64,000 nucleotides of DNA from Octopus sinensis. Taxonomy: Eukaryota. A program made the translations under genes and the position numbers. Below, one piece after another: positions 1 to 12,602 of this stretch. Positions within the stretch are counted from its first letter, which is position 1, and every line of letters starts with the position of its first letter. The DNA is taken from contig NC_043001.1 in NCBI RefSeq assembly GCF_006345805.1, positions 87,916,001 through 87,980,000 on the forward strand. Reading direction: 5' to 3'. The notes beneath the pieces were generated by a model. That model was not told the DNA's origin, did no database searches, and saw nothing but the letters and a program-made list of their open reading frames with translations.

Positions 1-59
1 TCGAAACCACAATCTTGTAATCATTAGTGCATTTCCCTAACTGCTGGGCCACATGCCTT

Positions 60-620
60 CACATGCACCTTTCAAATATATTGTTTTATGCAAAGGTGAG
101 TCAAGTAAAAAGATACTTATTGAGCAGCATCCCGAATGGTATAGGGAAGTTATTGCTGGATGGTGAAGAAAATACTATCTCTGCAGTGGTTGCTAAGTTA
201 TTCAGGTATTGATCTGTTGAGTTTGATAATCGTTCATGTTAAAGAAGACCATCAAAAATGTTCAAGGCCTTTAAAAGCTGTGTACTGTTGGAGGTTTCTG
301 AAAATTCTTTAAAAATTGAGAACTGCTATAAGATATTTTGTTTTGATTCCTTCGATTAATCTATGTTTAGTGAGAGATTTGTGGATCCGCTTGCTTGAAA
401 TCCAATTTCAACCTTTCATAATAGCACCTTATTTTCTTTCTCAGCATTTTACTACATATCTTTACTGAGATGCACATCAGGTTTATTACTCTATAATGTA
501 CAGCTTGGCTTAAGTTTCCTTTCTTAGGGTATTTTAGCTCCTTTTGACCATTTAGTGTTTATTGCATACTTTTAATAGGAGCTCTTATAAAGCAACTCTT
601 TTCTATACTTCAGTGAATAT
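60..620 (-). mobile_element. Decayed RTE-clade LINE reverse transcriptase fragment
   Basis: Minus-strand translation with frameshifts gives YPKKGNLSQAVHYRVINLMCISVKICSKML...GFQASGST...IEGIKTKYLIAVLNF, resembling the PKKGDLS.C.NYRGISL / GFR.GRST / DF.KAFD region of RTE RTs. Related remnants probably occur at about 5050-5760 and 8700-10050. Confidence 0.6.
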
Positions 621-1754
621 GTTATTGGATCAACATGCTTAACTGCAATGTGTCTGACAGGTGCCTTCCAGTTGTTGTTATTTGTTGTTTTTTTCTTTCT
701 TTCTCACTTTATTTCTGATTGTTCTAGCTAACAAAATCCTTAATGGGAAGTTAATATCCAGAGGATTTTCACAGTTAGTAGCAACATGATTAATGTTTTA
801 ACTTTTAGTTGTACATAACCTACATTTATTATCAGCCCATGATTTCTGTCTTTTGTGTAGAAGGTACTAAGTGGGGATTTTAAAAATTTTATCGTGGATT
901 ACATGGAAGTAACCTTAAAGTTGTGATGTTATAAACTTATCTGTCATTCATTCCAGTCTTTTGATGTGGTTTATTCCTTCTGTAGCCTGAGTGTTTTGTT
1001 TCAGTTACCCATGTACAGTCTATTTTTTTGATTTTCTAACAATGTTCAATAGGTCTTCCCAATGTTTCTTGGAGAGAGAGATCAGTGTTTGTTTATATTT
1101 CATGTTTCTCTTCAGCTTCATTAACCATTGTCTTTTTGATGTTTCTATTTTTGTGCTTGCAAACCAGGGTGCGATAGTTTCTGTCCTTTTTCTTTCTCTG
1201 CTGAAGATGCTGCTTTAAGGTTACAAACCCAGGTCTCAGATTTATACAGATTTAAGGCCACACCAGCACTTTTTGAATGGGAAATGTGATTTAGCTATGA
1301 AGCTGTTGCTGTTGAAATTCCTAGTAACATGTAGTTTGTGAATTCTTGTGTCCATCTCATTGCTTTCTTGTAGTGACCAGTTTGGAAGGCTAAATGTCTG
1401 AATAGGCACATCAAAGGTGTTGTGAGTGAAATGCTTGTTGTAGGCTGACCATATTCTCTTTACTCTTTTGAGTAAAAGTGGCATTGTCTTGCTTTTTATG
1501 CTTAATTATTTGTGGCGAGGATACAAATTATGTATGTCTTATCACCAACAACACATATTCAGACTCATCAGATTTCATCCCAATGTTTAATGTTATTTTA
1601 GCACGGTGAAAGAGGTTGGTGTTCTGTAAGTATGTGCAAGGTAAAGTTGGATACAAAGCTGATAGAAAATACGGTAACTTTCTGTTTTGATATACTGCTA
1701 ATAAAGCCATCATCAGATCACTTCATACTAGTTTATTTATATATATATATATAT

Positions 1755-2000
1755 GTCGGTGACATGTAAAAAGTACCAACCAATCGTGGCCGTTTGCCAG
1801 CCTCCTCTAACCCCTGTGCCGGTGGCACATAAAAATCCCCCACTACACTCACGGAGTGGTTGGTGTTGGGAAGGCCATCCAGCTGTAGAAACATTGCCAG
1901 ATCAGACTGGAGCCTGGAGCAGCCTCCTGGCTTCCCAGACACCGGTCAAACCATCCAACCTATGCTAGCATGGAAAATGGACATTAAACGATGATGATGA
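1755..2000 (+). mobile_element. RTE LINE 3' UTR / derived non-autonomous repeat with (GAT)n tail. Further copies at about 6910-7235(+), 16230-16320(+), 17865-18165(-), 23380-24060(+), 24340-24520(+), 50995-51090(-), 53490-53785(+), 55030-55367(+), 58600-58848(+)
   Basis: Recurrent sequence gtgccggtggcacgtaaaaagcacc...ggttggcgttaggaagggcatccagctgtagaaac...catgctagcatggaaaacggacgttaaacgatgatgat. At 15190, 38317 and 48305 the same sequence directly follows an RTE ORF end. Confidence 0.8.
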
Positions 2001-2520
2001 TATATATAAAATTAATAGAATGAGATAAAAATCCAAGGCTGTGAAAGATTTCAGAACATTTATAAATAGGTCTAACAGCTGTTTCCAGGATATTTTATAT
2101 ATCCCTTCATCGGAGACGGTGTGAGAAAAGGGTTAAGCAATAGTTATTCTAGAGAAGAAATAGAGAGTGAAGTGGAGGAATGAAAACAGACGTGAGATAT
2201 GCAGGGATATTGTATCTGCAGATCCATTATTTAAGCAGAATGGTATACATATGTTTCCTGTACCTTGTGTGTAAGTTCCAATAGTATTTAAAAGAAAGTA
2301 AGAGAAGAAAAGCAGAGAGAGAGAGAGAGATAATAAAGAAATGAAGAGAGGCAATGTGTACTGGTTAGTGGTCAATCAGGATAAATTGATAGAAGGAATG
2401 GGGAGGTGAGGGTGATAGAGAGAGAAAGATATGAGAGTGTAAAGAGATGAGAGGGTAAAGAGTAAAGGAGTGTCAGGTATGTAGTGATATAGCCGAAGTG
2501 AAGGGCAGAGAGAGAGGGGG
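1990..2520 (-). mobile_element. Penelope-like element terminal (pLTR) remnant carrying a minimal hammerhead-like motif at 2070-2117
   Basis: Minus strand reads gtct-CCGATGA-agggata/tatcctg-GAAA-CAGCT-GTT-agac, with palindromic helix III ACAGCTGT typical of PLE minimal hammerheads. No ORF evidence. Confidence 0.5.
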
Positions 2521-2835
2521 TTAGGGGTAGTAAAATGGTGGAATGAAGAATTTGGGAATATAGGTTAGGTTGCTTAGAGGACAAGTCAGTGCTTAGTAGT
2601 AGAAGAATGTATATATATGTGAAGATGTATACACATGCATATATTAAACATGTATATGGATATTTACACGAATTAACACATATGCATACAAAACTCATGT
2701 ATGTTACATGCATTCCCGTATATACACATTCATTTGCATCTAATTTTTACGTATATAAAAATTCTTGCATACATAGAGGCATGCATGTAGGCCTGCAGAT
2801 GCGCATAATTGTATGTGAGTGTACACATATATATA

Positions 2836-2866
<31 letters not shown>

Positions 2867-3270
2867 CATACACACATACACACATATACACGTACACATA
2901 CAGAAGCAGGTATTTGTAAATATATCAATATCCACACATACTCGTATATAAATCAGTGCTTATATAAAATATCTATACCTAAAATCACATATATTCACAT
3001 GCACCTGCTTGCATTCCTATAAGTGCATACATATGTATGCATATATATGCATACATACTCACATACATACACACACACTATTCTATTTGTATTGAGGTCT
3101 TCTTTTAGTTAGAACTAGTGTGTATTCTCTCCTTAATTGTGTTATTTTCTACATGGGGGTACAGTTCATAGGACCGTCATCACACCACTGTACAGTCAAC
3201 TGGCTTACATGTGCACACATACATTTTGTTGGTATCAAGGTCTTTTTTAGCTAGTACTAGTTATTATGTA

Positions 3271-4549
3271 TCAGGCTGAGTAAAAAGTAAGCAACGTTTT
3301 GAAACATGAAATTCATCACAATATATTTTGACAATGCGGAAATTTTATTCATCAAAGCTAGTATCATTACAATCGACACAGATTTGGCAATGAGTTACAA
3401 GTTGGTTTATTCCGCTAACATAAAAATATGGAGTTCTGGAGCTGATGAACCCTTTGAACACATTTTCAGCATCGGTTTGATTTTTGAACTCCTTCTCTTG
3501 CAGGAAACCATCAAGGTGCTTGAAAAAGTGGTAGTTGGTAGGAGAAAGATCTGGGGAATAAGCTGGGTGGGGAAGAACTTCGTAGCCAAGTTCCCTCAAC
3601 TTCTGGAGCGTCATTAGTGAAACTTGTGGTCGAGCATTGTCATGAAGAGTGATTGGCCCTCTTCTGTTGACCAGTCTGGAATGGAGGAGTAGCAGTTTTT
3701 CGTTCATTTTGTCAGTTTCATGGTAATGTGTTTCTGCAGTAAAGGTTTTTCTGAGTTTTAAGAAGTTATAGTGGATGAGTCCAACAGCACACCACCAAAC
3801 TGTCACCATAACCTTTTTGAAGAGCTCGTGTTTAGGGAAGGTTTTCTGTGCTTCATTTTGGTCCAGCCATGGCAAAGACCATTTTTTTTATTATTGTACA
3901 GATCCATTTTTCATTGCAAGTTACAATATGGTCAAGAAATGGATTGGTCTGGTTATGGATAAGAAGCTATGAGCAAATTTCATATCTGTGCATTTTCTGA
4001 TTTTCGTTCAAATTGTGTGGTACCTATTTGTCGAGCTTTTTTTGATTTTCTGATCACATGCAAATGGTTACAGGCAGTTTTCTGGCTAACTTGAAGTTCT
4101 TTTGCCAGTTCTCGAGTGGTTTTATGCGGATCTTTCTTAGTGATGGTCTTTAATTGACCGTCATCAATGACAGATGGGTGTCCACTATGTTCATGATCTT
4201 CAAGGCTCCAGTCTCCACTGTGAAATCATTTAAAACATTTTTGACCTGACCACTCACTGGTCAATTCCTTCCCCAAATATTTTGTTGATTGTGTGTGCAT
4301 GTTCAGCTGCTTTATGTCCCTTTTTGAAGTTTAATAGTAAAATTGTTCAAATATCACGCTTTGGCCATTCCATTTCAGATGATTGTAACAACGGGGAAAA
4401 AAATTTCAGTGTTAATTTATTGATGCATTTGGGTATGTCTGCATTATCAGACAATTGCAACAAAATGTTTAAAAAAATTCAAAACTCTGTAAAAGTCCAG
4501 TACAAATTCTTCATGGCTCAAAACGTTGCTTACTTTTTACTCAACCTGA
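3271..4549 (-). mobile_element. Full-length (1279 bp) inactive mariner transposon, cecropia/Hsmar1-like
   Basis: About 32-bp TIRs tcaggctgagtaaaaagtaagcaacgttttga / tcaaaacgttgcttactttttactcaacctga, with TA duplications at 3269-3270 and 4550-4551. Confidence 0.96.
3345..4373 (-). pseudogene. Mariner transposase pseudogene
   Basis: ORF 3345-3875 has KKVMVTVWW, HDNARP and LPHPAYSPDLSPTNYHFF motifs. ATG is at 4373 and is followed by stops and frameshifts. The first and third catalytic Asp appear changed to Asn (TCNEKW, SPTNY). Confidence 0.92.
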
Positions 4550-4731
4550 TATAATTTTATGAAGGTCTTAGAATTACTTTTTAACAAATTTCATTTGCAA
4601 GGCACTGGTCTGGGAAATTCTTGTGAATGGGACAAACTGTAGTATGTTTTAAAAAAATTGAAACAAGTGCTACATGTGCTGGGTATTATTGACTGACTGC
4701 TCATTGCATGTTTGTATATTTGTGTGAATAT

Positions 4732-4945
4732 TAATATTAGCATGCTGGGTGAAATGCGTAACCGTATTTCGTCTGCCGTTATGTTCTGGGTTCAAATTCT
4801 GCCGAGGTCGACTTTGGCTTACATCCTTTCGGGGTCAATAAATTAAGTACCAGTTACACACTGGGGTCGATGTAATTGACTTAATCCATTTGTCTGTCCT
4901 TGTTTGTCCCCTCTGTGTTTAGCCCCTTGTGGGTAGTAAAGAAAT
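4732..4945 (+). mobile_element. tRNA-derived SINE with Meta-like central domain. Other copies at about 5232-5355, 10845-10950, 35880-36040(-), 42615-42815, 43000-43170(-), 44470-44680, 44700-44900, 44975-45080, 54285-54505(-), 57650-57865, 58368-58580, 59478-59695
   Basis: A/B-box-like head (tggcagaa...gttcaaat) and central gcctttcatcctttcggggtcgataaattaagtaccag. This copy is flanked by the 16-bp TSD atatttgtgtgaatat (4716-4731 and 4946-4961). The Meta-domain assignment is from recall. Confidence 0.85.
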
Positions 4946-5764
4946 ATATTTGTGTGAATATGAGTGTCTTATACTGTTTTCTGTGTGTCTGTGTACTCTG
5001 GTTACTATTTATTTAGTGCCTGTAACTACTATGTATGTATGTGTTGTTGTTTAGCCCCAGGTCAGCCTGGGTAAGCCTTTGAGCATATTTCTTGAGGGTA
5101 ACTGAAGGCATATTGCCAGAGCTGGTTGCCTTTTTGGTTTGAATGTGACCAGATGTGTTTTTTTTAAAACTTGATGTATATGCATACATGGTGGTGAAAC
5201 TAGTGAAGGGAAGGTTTGCTCATGCTTGTGCATCCTTTCAGGGTCGATTAAATAAGTACCAGTTACGCACTGGGGTCGATATAATCGACTTAATCCGTTT
5301 GTCTGTCCTTTTTTGTCCCTTCTGTGTTTAGCCCCTTGTGGATAGTAAAGAAATAGGATTATGTACAAACTAGAGTTGGATGCGAACAAGCAGAAAATAT
5401 GAAAGCTTTCTATATGGGTTTTTAAAGCTTACTGGGCCATCATGGTTGAAGAGTTGTAAAGCAACTTGGCAACCTTGGTAGAGATCCTTATGATGGTAAA
5501 GGACCATGAGGGAAAGGACAGCTTGTAGGGTTGTATGATGTTCAAAGGCATCTTTTGCAGGAGCACTAGTTGCAGGTAAAATTTACTGAGGTGGTAGTGT
5601 TCTGGAAGTTTACTTTTCTCCAGACTCTGTAGGCAATGTTCTCATCTGTACTGCTGCAGTGTAGCTAAGGGTAAACCTGTTTGGAGACTGAGTTAATGAT
5701 TTTGTTTGTGTGAGGGATGTGAATAGATATTTCTAAGAGGGTGATTTCCAATTTTTTTTTAATT

Positions 5765-5923
5765 ACCCTGTGGCTGTGTGATAAGAAATTTGCTTCCCAA
5801 CCACATGGTTCTGAGTTCAGTCCCACTGTGTGGCACTTTGGACAAGTGTCTTCAACTATTGCCTCAGGCCGACCAAAGCCTTGTGAGTAGATTTGGTAGA
5901 CGGAAACTGAAAGAAACCTGTCG

Positions 5924-5956
<33 letters not shown>

Positions 5957-6125
5957 TTACGTCCCTGTAACTTAATGGTTCGGCTAAAGTGACCAATACA
6001 ATAAGTACCAGGCTTAAAAGAAAAAAAACACAAGTACTGGGGTCGATTCAATCGACAAAATATTCTTCAAGGCAGTGCTCCAGCATGGTCACAGTTTAAT
6101 GAGGGAAACGAGTAAAACATAAAAG
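5765..6125 (+). mobile_element. About 400-bp tRNA-derived SINE with CORE-like segment and internal (CA/TA)n. Other copies at about 7220-7375(-), 10390-10780(-), 11430-11665(-), 12830-12990(+), 13388-13788(-), 21260-21450(+), 26135-26505(-), 39925-40340(-), 60050-60430(-), 60700-60875(-)
   Basis: Head gtggctgtgtggtaag...ggttcagtcccact, then gtggcaccttgggcaagtgtctt (CORE-like), and tail ...gctccagcatggccgcagtcaaatgactgaaacaagtaaaagag. Many near-identical copies occur in the window. Confidence 0.85.
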
Positions 6126-8146
6126 ATTACTATTTGTTTTTGACGAAAATTAAAAAAAAAAAAACCTCTCCACCGCCCAATCATGCGGGAATTACCTCCC
6201 TTGCATTACGTCGTCGACTCTATCACAGCGTCTACATACACATACGCACGCACACATTCACGTTCTCTCGTGCTCTCTCATCCGTTATGATGTATTGTCA
6301 CCAATCCTTTTCCTTTTCTATGCTTTGTTATCTACTTTCTATGTACTCTCTCACACTCATATACTCTGTCATGTGCTTTCCCATGCACCCTGTCACTGTC
6401 TTATATACTTTCACTTTCTCCCCCCAAAACTGTTGATCCAAGTTCAGTTCCTCTCAAAGACTCCAAAGGCTGCTACATCTCTGTCACTTGAACAACTAGA
6501 TGTAGCAGCCTTTTGAGTCTGCTGTGATGAGTCTACAAATAAACACACAAAATATCTAAGGGTATATTTTTTTCTTCCTCTGAAGAAATTATGCTCAGCT
6601 CTGCCCTTAATCGAAACAGCTTTAAGGGAGAATGATGGATTTGTTGCTGATAATAAACTCTTATTAACTTCAATATCTCCATTTTCTTATTCTTCATTTG
6701 CCTGATTATAAACTATGGTTTACATATAAACCTATTATTTTATGGATATTAATTTTTCCCCAAAATATTAGGCGTTGAACCAGTATTTCCTTGGATGACA
6801 CCATCCCTTCATGAAGCTAAAATAACCTCTGATTGAAAGACCTATTGAGTCAAGTATGTTAACACAAACATCAAATGAAAATTGAATGGAAATAGTAGTT
6901 AAGACACCCGTGCTGGTGACATGTTAAAAGAAAAGCACTGTCCGAATGTGGCAGATGCTAGCGCCGCCTGATTGGCGTCCGTGTCGGTGACACGTAAAAG
7001 CACCAACCGATTGTGGCCGTTTGCCAGTCTCCTCTGGCCCCTGTGCCGGTGGCACGTAAAAAGCATCCACTACACTCACAGAGTGGTTGGCATTAGGAAG
7101 GGCATCCAGCTGTAGAAATACTGCCAGATCAGACTGGTGCCTGGTGCAGCCTCCTGGCTTCCCAGACCCTGGTCGAACCGTCCAACTCATGCTAGCATGG
7201 AAAACAGACATTAAACGATGATGATGATGATGGGTTTCTTTCTACCAAATACACTCACAAAAGTGTGGTTGACCCAAAACTATAATAGAAGATGCTACTT
7301 GCCCAAGGTGCCACACAGTGGGATCAAGCTCAGAACTATGTGGTTGGGAAGCAAACATCTCATTCCATAATGTGTGTGTGTATACCCTTATTTGTCAGTA
7401 TGTGATGATTGTAAACAAGCATCACTGTTATATAAGTGGTGTTCTTCATTTCCAGTTTTTCCCCCTCCAAAATATGTCTGGTCATGGGGAAATATTACCT
7501 TGTTTGGAACTGGGTGAAGTTGGCAACAGGAAGGGCATCGCTGTAAAAAATCTGCCTCAATAAATTCCTTCCGACTCATACAAGGATGGACAAGAGTGCA
7601 TTAAACAATGATGATGATGAATCCAACACAGTGTGCAAATAAACTAATTACATGTATTGGGTGTTAGTGACTGACTGTTTGTTGCATGTCTGTGTTTGAG
7701 TGTCTTGGTTTGTACTTATGTTCTTATAACTGTTCTCTATGTATGTGTTGTTTATCTTCTGGTCAGCTCTGATTGAGCTGACCAATGATGAAAGGTATTC
7801 TAGCCAAGACTGTGCTGCCTTCTTAAGAGTATTTAGGAATACATTATCCAGTGTCTGTCCATTTTCCAAGAGAAGATGTGATGCGATGTGATGAAGATTT
7901 GGCTGGCGTATCTAGTTGTTCAAGTGACCAAGATGTAGCAGCCCTTGGAGTCTTTGAGAGGAACTATCTTTTAATGTCACTGTATGAGTAGGAAGTATCT
8001 GAGTGTGTATTAATGAGGTGTGTGTGTGTGTGTGAGAGAGAGAACAGGTCCTGAATTTCTCCCCCTACTGCTGTACAATATTTATCTGATGGCCTGTGTT
8101 GGCTGTAAAGTAATTAATATTGTTCTTGCTATTGTCTTTGTTTCAG

Positions 8147-8312
8147 CTTACGACCTTGCCAAGGAACAGAGAATGAACTTTGGAGATGACATTGCAAGTG
8201 CTCTCCGAAGTGCCAAAAAGAAACGGTGGAATGTCATAGAAGAGAAACGCATCCAACAGGAAATAGCACTTCAAACCTACCTCAACAGACTGATCTCTGA
8301 AGAGCTTCAAAG
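8147..8312 (+). CDS. STUB1: STUB1/CHIP internal coding exon (equivalent to human exon 3; end of TPR region and start of coiled coil)
   Basis: tttcag acceptor (8141-8146) and gtaggt donor at 8313. 166 nt, phase 1 in and phase 2 out. Translates (A)[54 protein letters not shown](R), closely matching recalled human CHIP [39 protein letters not shown]. Confidence 0.97.
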
Positions 8313-9474
8313 GTAGGTCTTTTGCTACAGGTGGTTGTTGTAGTAGTAGTAGTATTCTGGATTGTTTTTGTTTTGAAACTGGTGTAGTTATCATGGTGTT
8401 GAGGTTATTGTGATGGTGTAGTTTTGTTGCTGTTCAACTCCAGGTCAGCCCTGATCTAGAAAATCTACAAGGTGTTTCTGTCATGGTCATCTCTTCTTTA
8501 TGTTCAGGCACATGTCCATCTAAAATAATTAATTTTTTTTTAGTTTTGTAGAATGTAATTTGAAGGAATTTTGGTTGCTCTTTCCAGTAGGTTGAGTGGT
8601 CTCATTGTAGCTTCTGTATTGGCTTATATAGTTTTGTTATTGTTGTGATATAGTGTAGTTGTTGCTATTGTGTTGGTGCAGTTAATGTGGTAGTGATGGT
8701 GGTTGTTAACATGAAAGGAGAAATAACTTTTATAAAGAATGGCATGTAATCCAACATGTTTGTTGTTGTTTTGAAACTACAGATCAGACAAATGACTAGT
8801 TATAAACCAGAGATCTATTTTACCAGATTTGTGCTGCTGTTGTAGAATGGACGGTTATCCTGTGCATTCTGTTATGTAGTTGGAAATGTTTTCATGAGTT
8901 GCTTTTATTCCTAAAATCACGCTAGTTTTGTATGCCTACAAGTTCTTAGTTATGTAAAGAGGTATGTAAACTATCGCTGGTGATGTATATCTCATCATAA
9001 CGTTTGTTGAACTGTGTAGAGGTTGAGGTATTATGTGGGTGGTGCTGTAGAAGTATCTGGACTGAGTGGGATGGATATTGGTTTTGAGAGTGGCTTTTAC
9101 TGTGGATTTAGTGAGGGATACTGCGTGTTTGGGTGTGATTGTACATATAGTGGTAGGAATAGGGATGGTCAGAGCTTGCTTTGCCAACTACATGTACTCC
9201 TCACATGATAAGGTAATCTTTTATTTTGACTAGATGATCCATGTAACATTGTGATGCTTGCCTCTATCCATCCATCCACCTTCTCTGCCCTCTGTTCCTG
9301 AGAGTGTTGTGGGGCTAGAGTCCTTAGGTATTTCCTTCCATGGATCCTATTAGAAGCAACTGTCATAAGAGTTTACTGCTGAATTTGTCCAAGCATGACC
9401 CACCAAGACTACAGATATTATCCAGTCATCTTGTTCTTGGTCTATCCCTACATCTTCTGTTTAACTTGGCTTAA

Positions 9475-9678
9475 CCCTTTTGATACCAACCTGCCTGAAA
9501 CCGCCTCTGGCTCTGTCGTACAAATGTCTTGTTTTCAAAAGTTCTGAATTAAAATCTTCTACCAAACCTTAGTCACAGTTTATACTCCTAACACTAACTT
9601 GATGATAACTCTTTGTTATATTCAAAATTAATTGAAAGAAACATAGAGCGTCTCAACAGAAATATGGTAACAAAAGGG
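9475..9678. mobile_element. piggyBac-type MITE. A more diverged candidate lies at about 21674-21870
   Basis: TTAA at 9471-9474 and 9679-9682. TIRs cccttttgatacc / ggtaacaaaaggg. Confidence 0.75.
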
Positions 9679-12205
9679 TTAAAGAATTTGTCTTATGATT
9701 GCTCAGCTTGAAGAATCCATCTTGTAATTGGGATGCATGTTCTGCATTTCTGTATTGTTGTGATTTGTTTATGTATGTATGTATGGTTTGAGACACAGAC
9801 ATAGCTGGCATAATCAGCAATGGATCTAATGTACCATTTGTTTGAAGTTATATGTATTTTTTGTGTGTTGGCCATCTGTGGTACTTGTAAGGGCTCTAAG
9901 TTTATTTGCACATTTTTTACTCTCCTGTTTGGTGTCATTGATAATTCCTGTGGTATGCTGATGGTATGCTTATGTTGTGTAGGTTGGCCAGCTCTATTTT
10001 AACAGTTCTTTTTGGTTGTGAGAGCCATCTTATACCCTCTAATATGCAGTGAGATCACCATGCAGTTTGCAAGCCTATGAACCCTGAGGGGGCAGCTTTT
10101 TGCTAGGAGGTGAGAGATAAAAGTATGAGAGAAGGGGACAGAGCTCAGCATGTTTCTTGCTATAGGAGAGCTCCATGACTGTTTGTGTTTTAAAGAAAGG
10201 GTGAGAGTGATCAGGCGGAGCTGGAAAGAGATAAAAATAGCAGTGATGAGGAGTCTGAGTGGATCCTCAAGGTTCAGGGTAGGTAGAAATGAGTGGGACA
10301 GAGGGACCAGGAGTGTAGGTGGGTGAGTGGAATTTAGAAGAGAGTATGAATGAGTAATGAGAACATGCTTGCTTTTGGAGTTGGAGTATTACTCTTTTAC
10401 TTGTTTCAGTCATTTTGACTGCAGCCATGCTGGAGCACTGCCTTTAGTCAAACAAACCGATCCCAGGACTTATTCTTTGTATGCCTAGTATTTATTCTGT
10501 TGGTCTTTTTTGCTGAACTGTTATGTAACAGGGATGTAAACACTACAACATCGGATACAAATGTTAGTAGAGGGACAAACACAGACACAAACACACAACT
10601 ACACACACACACACACGACAGGCTTCTTTTGGTTTCTGTCTATCAAATCCACTCACAAAGCTTTGGTCAGCTGAAGGCTATTGTAGAAGACACTTGCCCA
10701 AGGTGCCATGCAGTGGGACTGAACCCAGAACCATATGGCTGGGAGCAAGCTTCTTACCACACAGCCACTCCTGTGCCTATGGTAAGTTATTTGAAGTTGT
10801 TATTGTGTTAATGTGTTATGTTCATTATTAGAGTTGCTATAAGGTGGCAGGCTGGTAGAATCAGTAGCATGCCAAGAGAAATGCTTAATGATATTTCGTC
10901 TGTCACTATGTTCTGAGTTCAAATTCTGCTGAGGTCGACTTTACCTTTCATTATTATGAGAGAGGTGAGCAGAGCAGGTTCCTACAGAGTGATCTGCAAG
11001 GCTATTCACATTTAATATGTGGAAAAAGAAGGTATTCACTGCTTGTTTTGTGGTTTACCTTGGATACAAACAATTTTGAGCTTTTAGGATATAAAAAATT
11101 TTTTGCGGGGGTGGTGGTGGTGGTGCTTTCCTTTTTTAGTTTCCCACTGCTTTATTATATTTCTGTTGCATATTGTATAGTATAAATGTATTGTGTTTGA
11201 GGTTGTCTCCAGTTTTAATTCATCATCACCACCATTTTAACGTCCACGTTTCCATGCTTGCATGGGCCAATTGGGATTCATTGAGCTAAATTATCTATGG
11301 CCAGATGCCCTTTCCTGTCACTATCCCAACCCTCACCTGTCTCTAAGCAGAGTAATATTTTGCCATGGCCAGATGTTTTCATGAAAGATTGGTAACAAAG
11401 AACACTGTCACACAGTGACATGCATTTGCAACTATCAAGCCATGTCAAGACAGAGATATAAACACACATACATTCATCCACCACTCATACACACAACAGG
11501 CTTCTTTCAGTTTCCGTCCATAACTCTCAGATTCATTCACAAGACCTTGGTTAGCCTGGCAGGTGTAGTGGAAAGCACTTTGCCCAAGATGCCATGCAGT
11601 GGGACTGAACCTGAAACCATGGGGTTGGGAAGCAAACTTCTCAACCACACAGCCATGCCTGCCCCTAATTGGGTTATTTTCATTGTGTAATTTCAGTTGT
11701 ATTTTCATTGCTGTTCTTGATGAAATGTATTTTTAAAAATGATTTTGCTGTAGTGTTGGTTGGTGATTGGGGCTTAAAGCAGTTTTCAAAATTAGGTCCT
11801 GTCTCTTGCTGGAAGCTTTTTTTTATGTTTGATTAAGTGATTTCCTTCATTCATCTGTGAATGTGTTATGATGGTCTGTAAGTGTACAGAGGAGAATTAG
11901 TAGACTGTTTACTATGTGGTTGTAGTAGTTTTTAGCTTGACTACTTCATAAGGTTGATGTTAGACGAGTGTATTACAAGGTGATGTATTACAGTAGTGAG
12001 GGTGTGTGGCCTAGTGGTTTGGATGTTGTACTCAGGAGCGCAAGTTCATGGTTTCGTTTCCCAGACCGTATGATGCATTATGTTCTTGAGCAAAATCACT
12101 TCATCTGTAATCACACCTGATGTGTAGCACACCATTACAGGAAATGTCAATTTGATGGCGGAAGTGAGCTAATGGGCAGGCTGTTCAGCAAGAAATTGCA
12201 GAACC

Positions 12206-12602
12206 GACGAACTGGCAGAAATGTTGGCATACCAGGCGAAATGCTTAACAGTATTTTGTCTGCCGTTATGTTCTGAGTTCAAATTCCGCCGAGGTTGAGT
12301 TTGCCTTTCATCTTTTCGGGGTCGATAAATAAAGTACCATTTACACACTGGGGTCGATGTAATCGACTTGATTTGTTTGTCCTCTCTGTGTTTAGCCCCT
12401 TGTGGGTAGTTAAGAAATAGGTATTTCGTCTGCCGTTATGTTCTGAGTTCAAATTCCGCCAAGGTCGACTTTGCCTTTCATCCTTTCGGGGTTGATAAAT
12501 TAAGTACCAGTTATGCACTAGGGTTGATGTAATCGACTTAATCCCTTTGTTTGTCCTTGTTTGTCCCCTCTATATTTAGCCCCTTGTGGGCAATAAAGAA
12601 AT
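12206..12602 (+). mobile_element. Dimeric Meta-like SINE inserted as one unit
   Basis: A full monomer plus a 5'-truncated second monomer, flanked by the 16-bp direct repeat aagaaattgcagaacc (12190-12205 and 12603-12618). Confidence 0.85.

Noticed and set aside
8020-8316. ORF-track proteins that extend the STUB1 exons (also 24813-24995, 36152-36370, 52889-53110)
   Set aside because: Homology stops exactly at the AG/GT sites. The extensions are intronic read-through.
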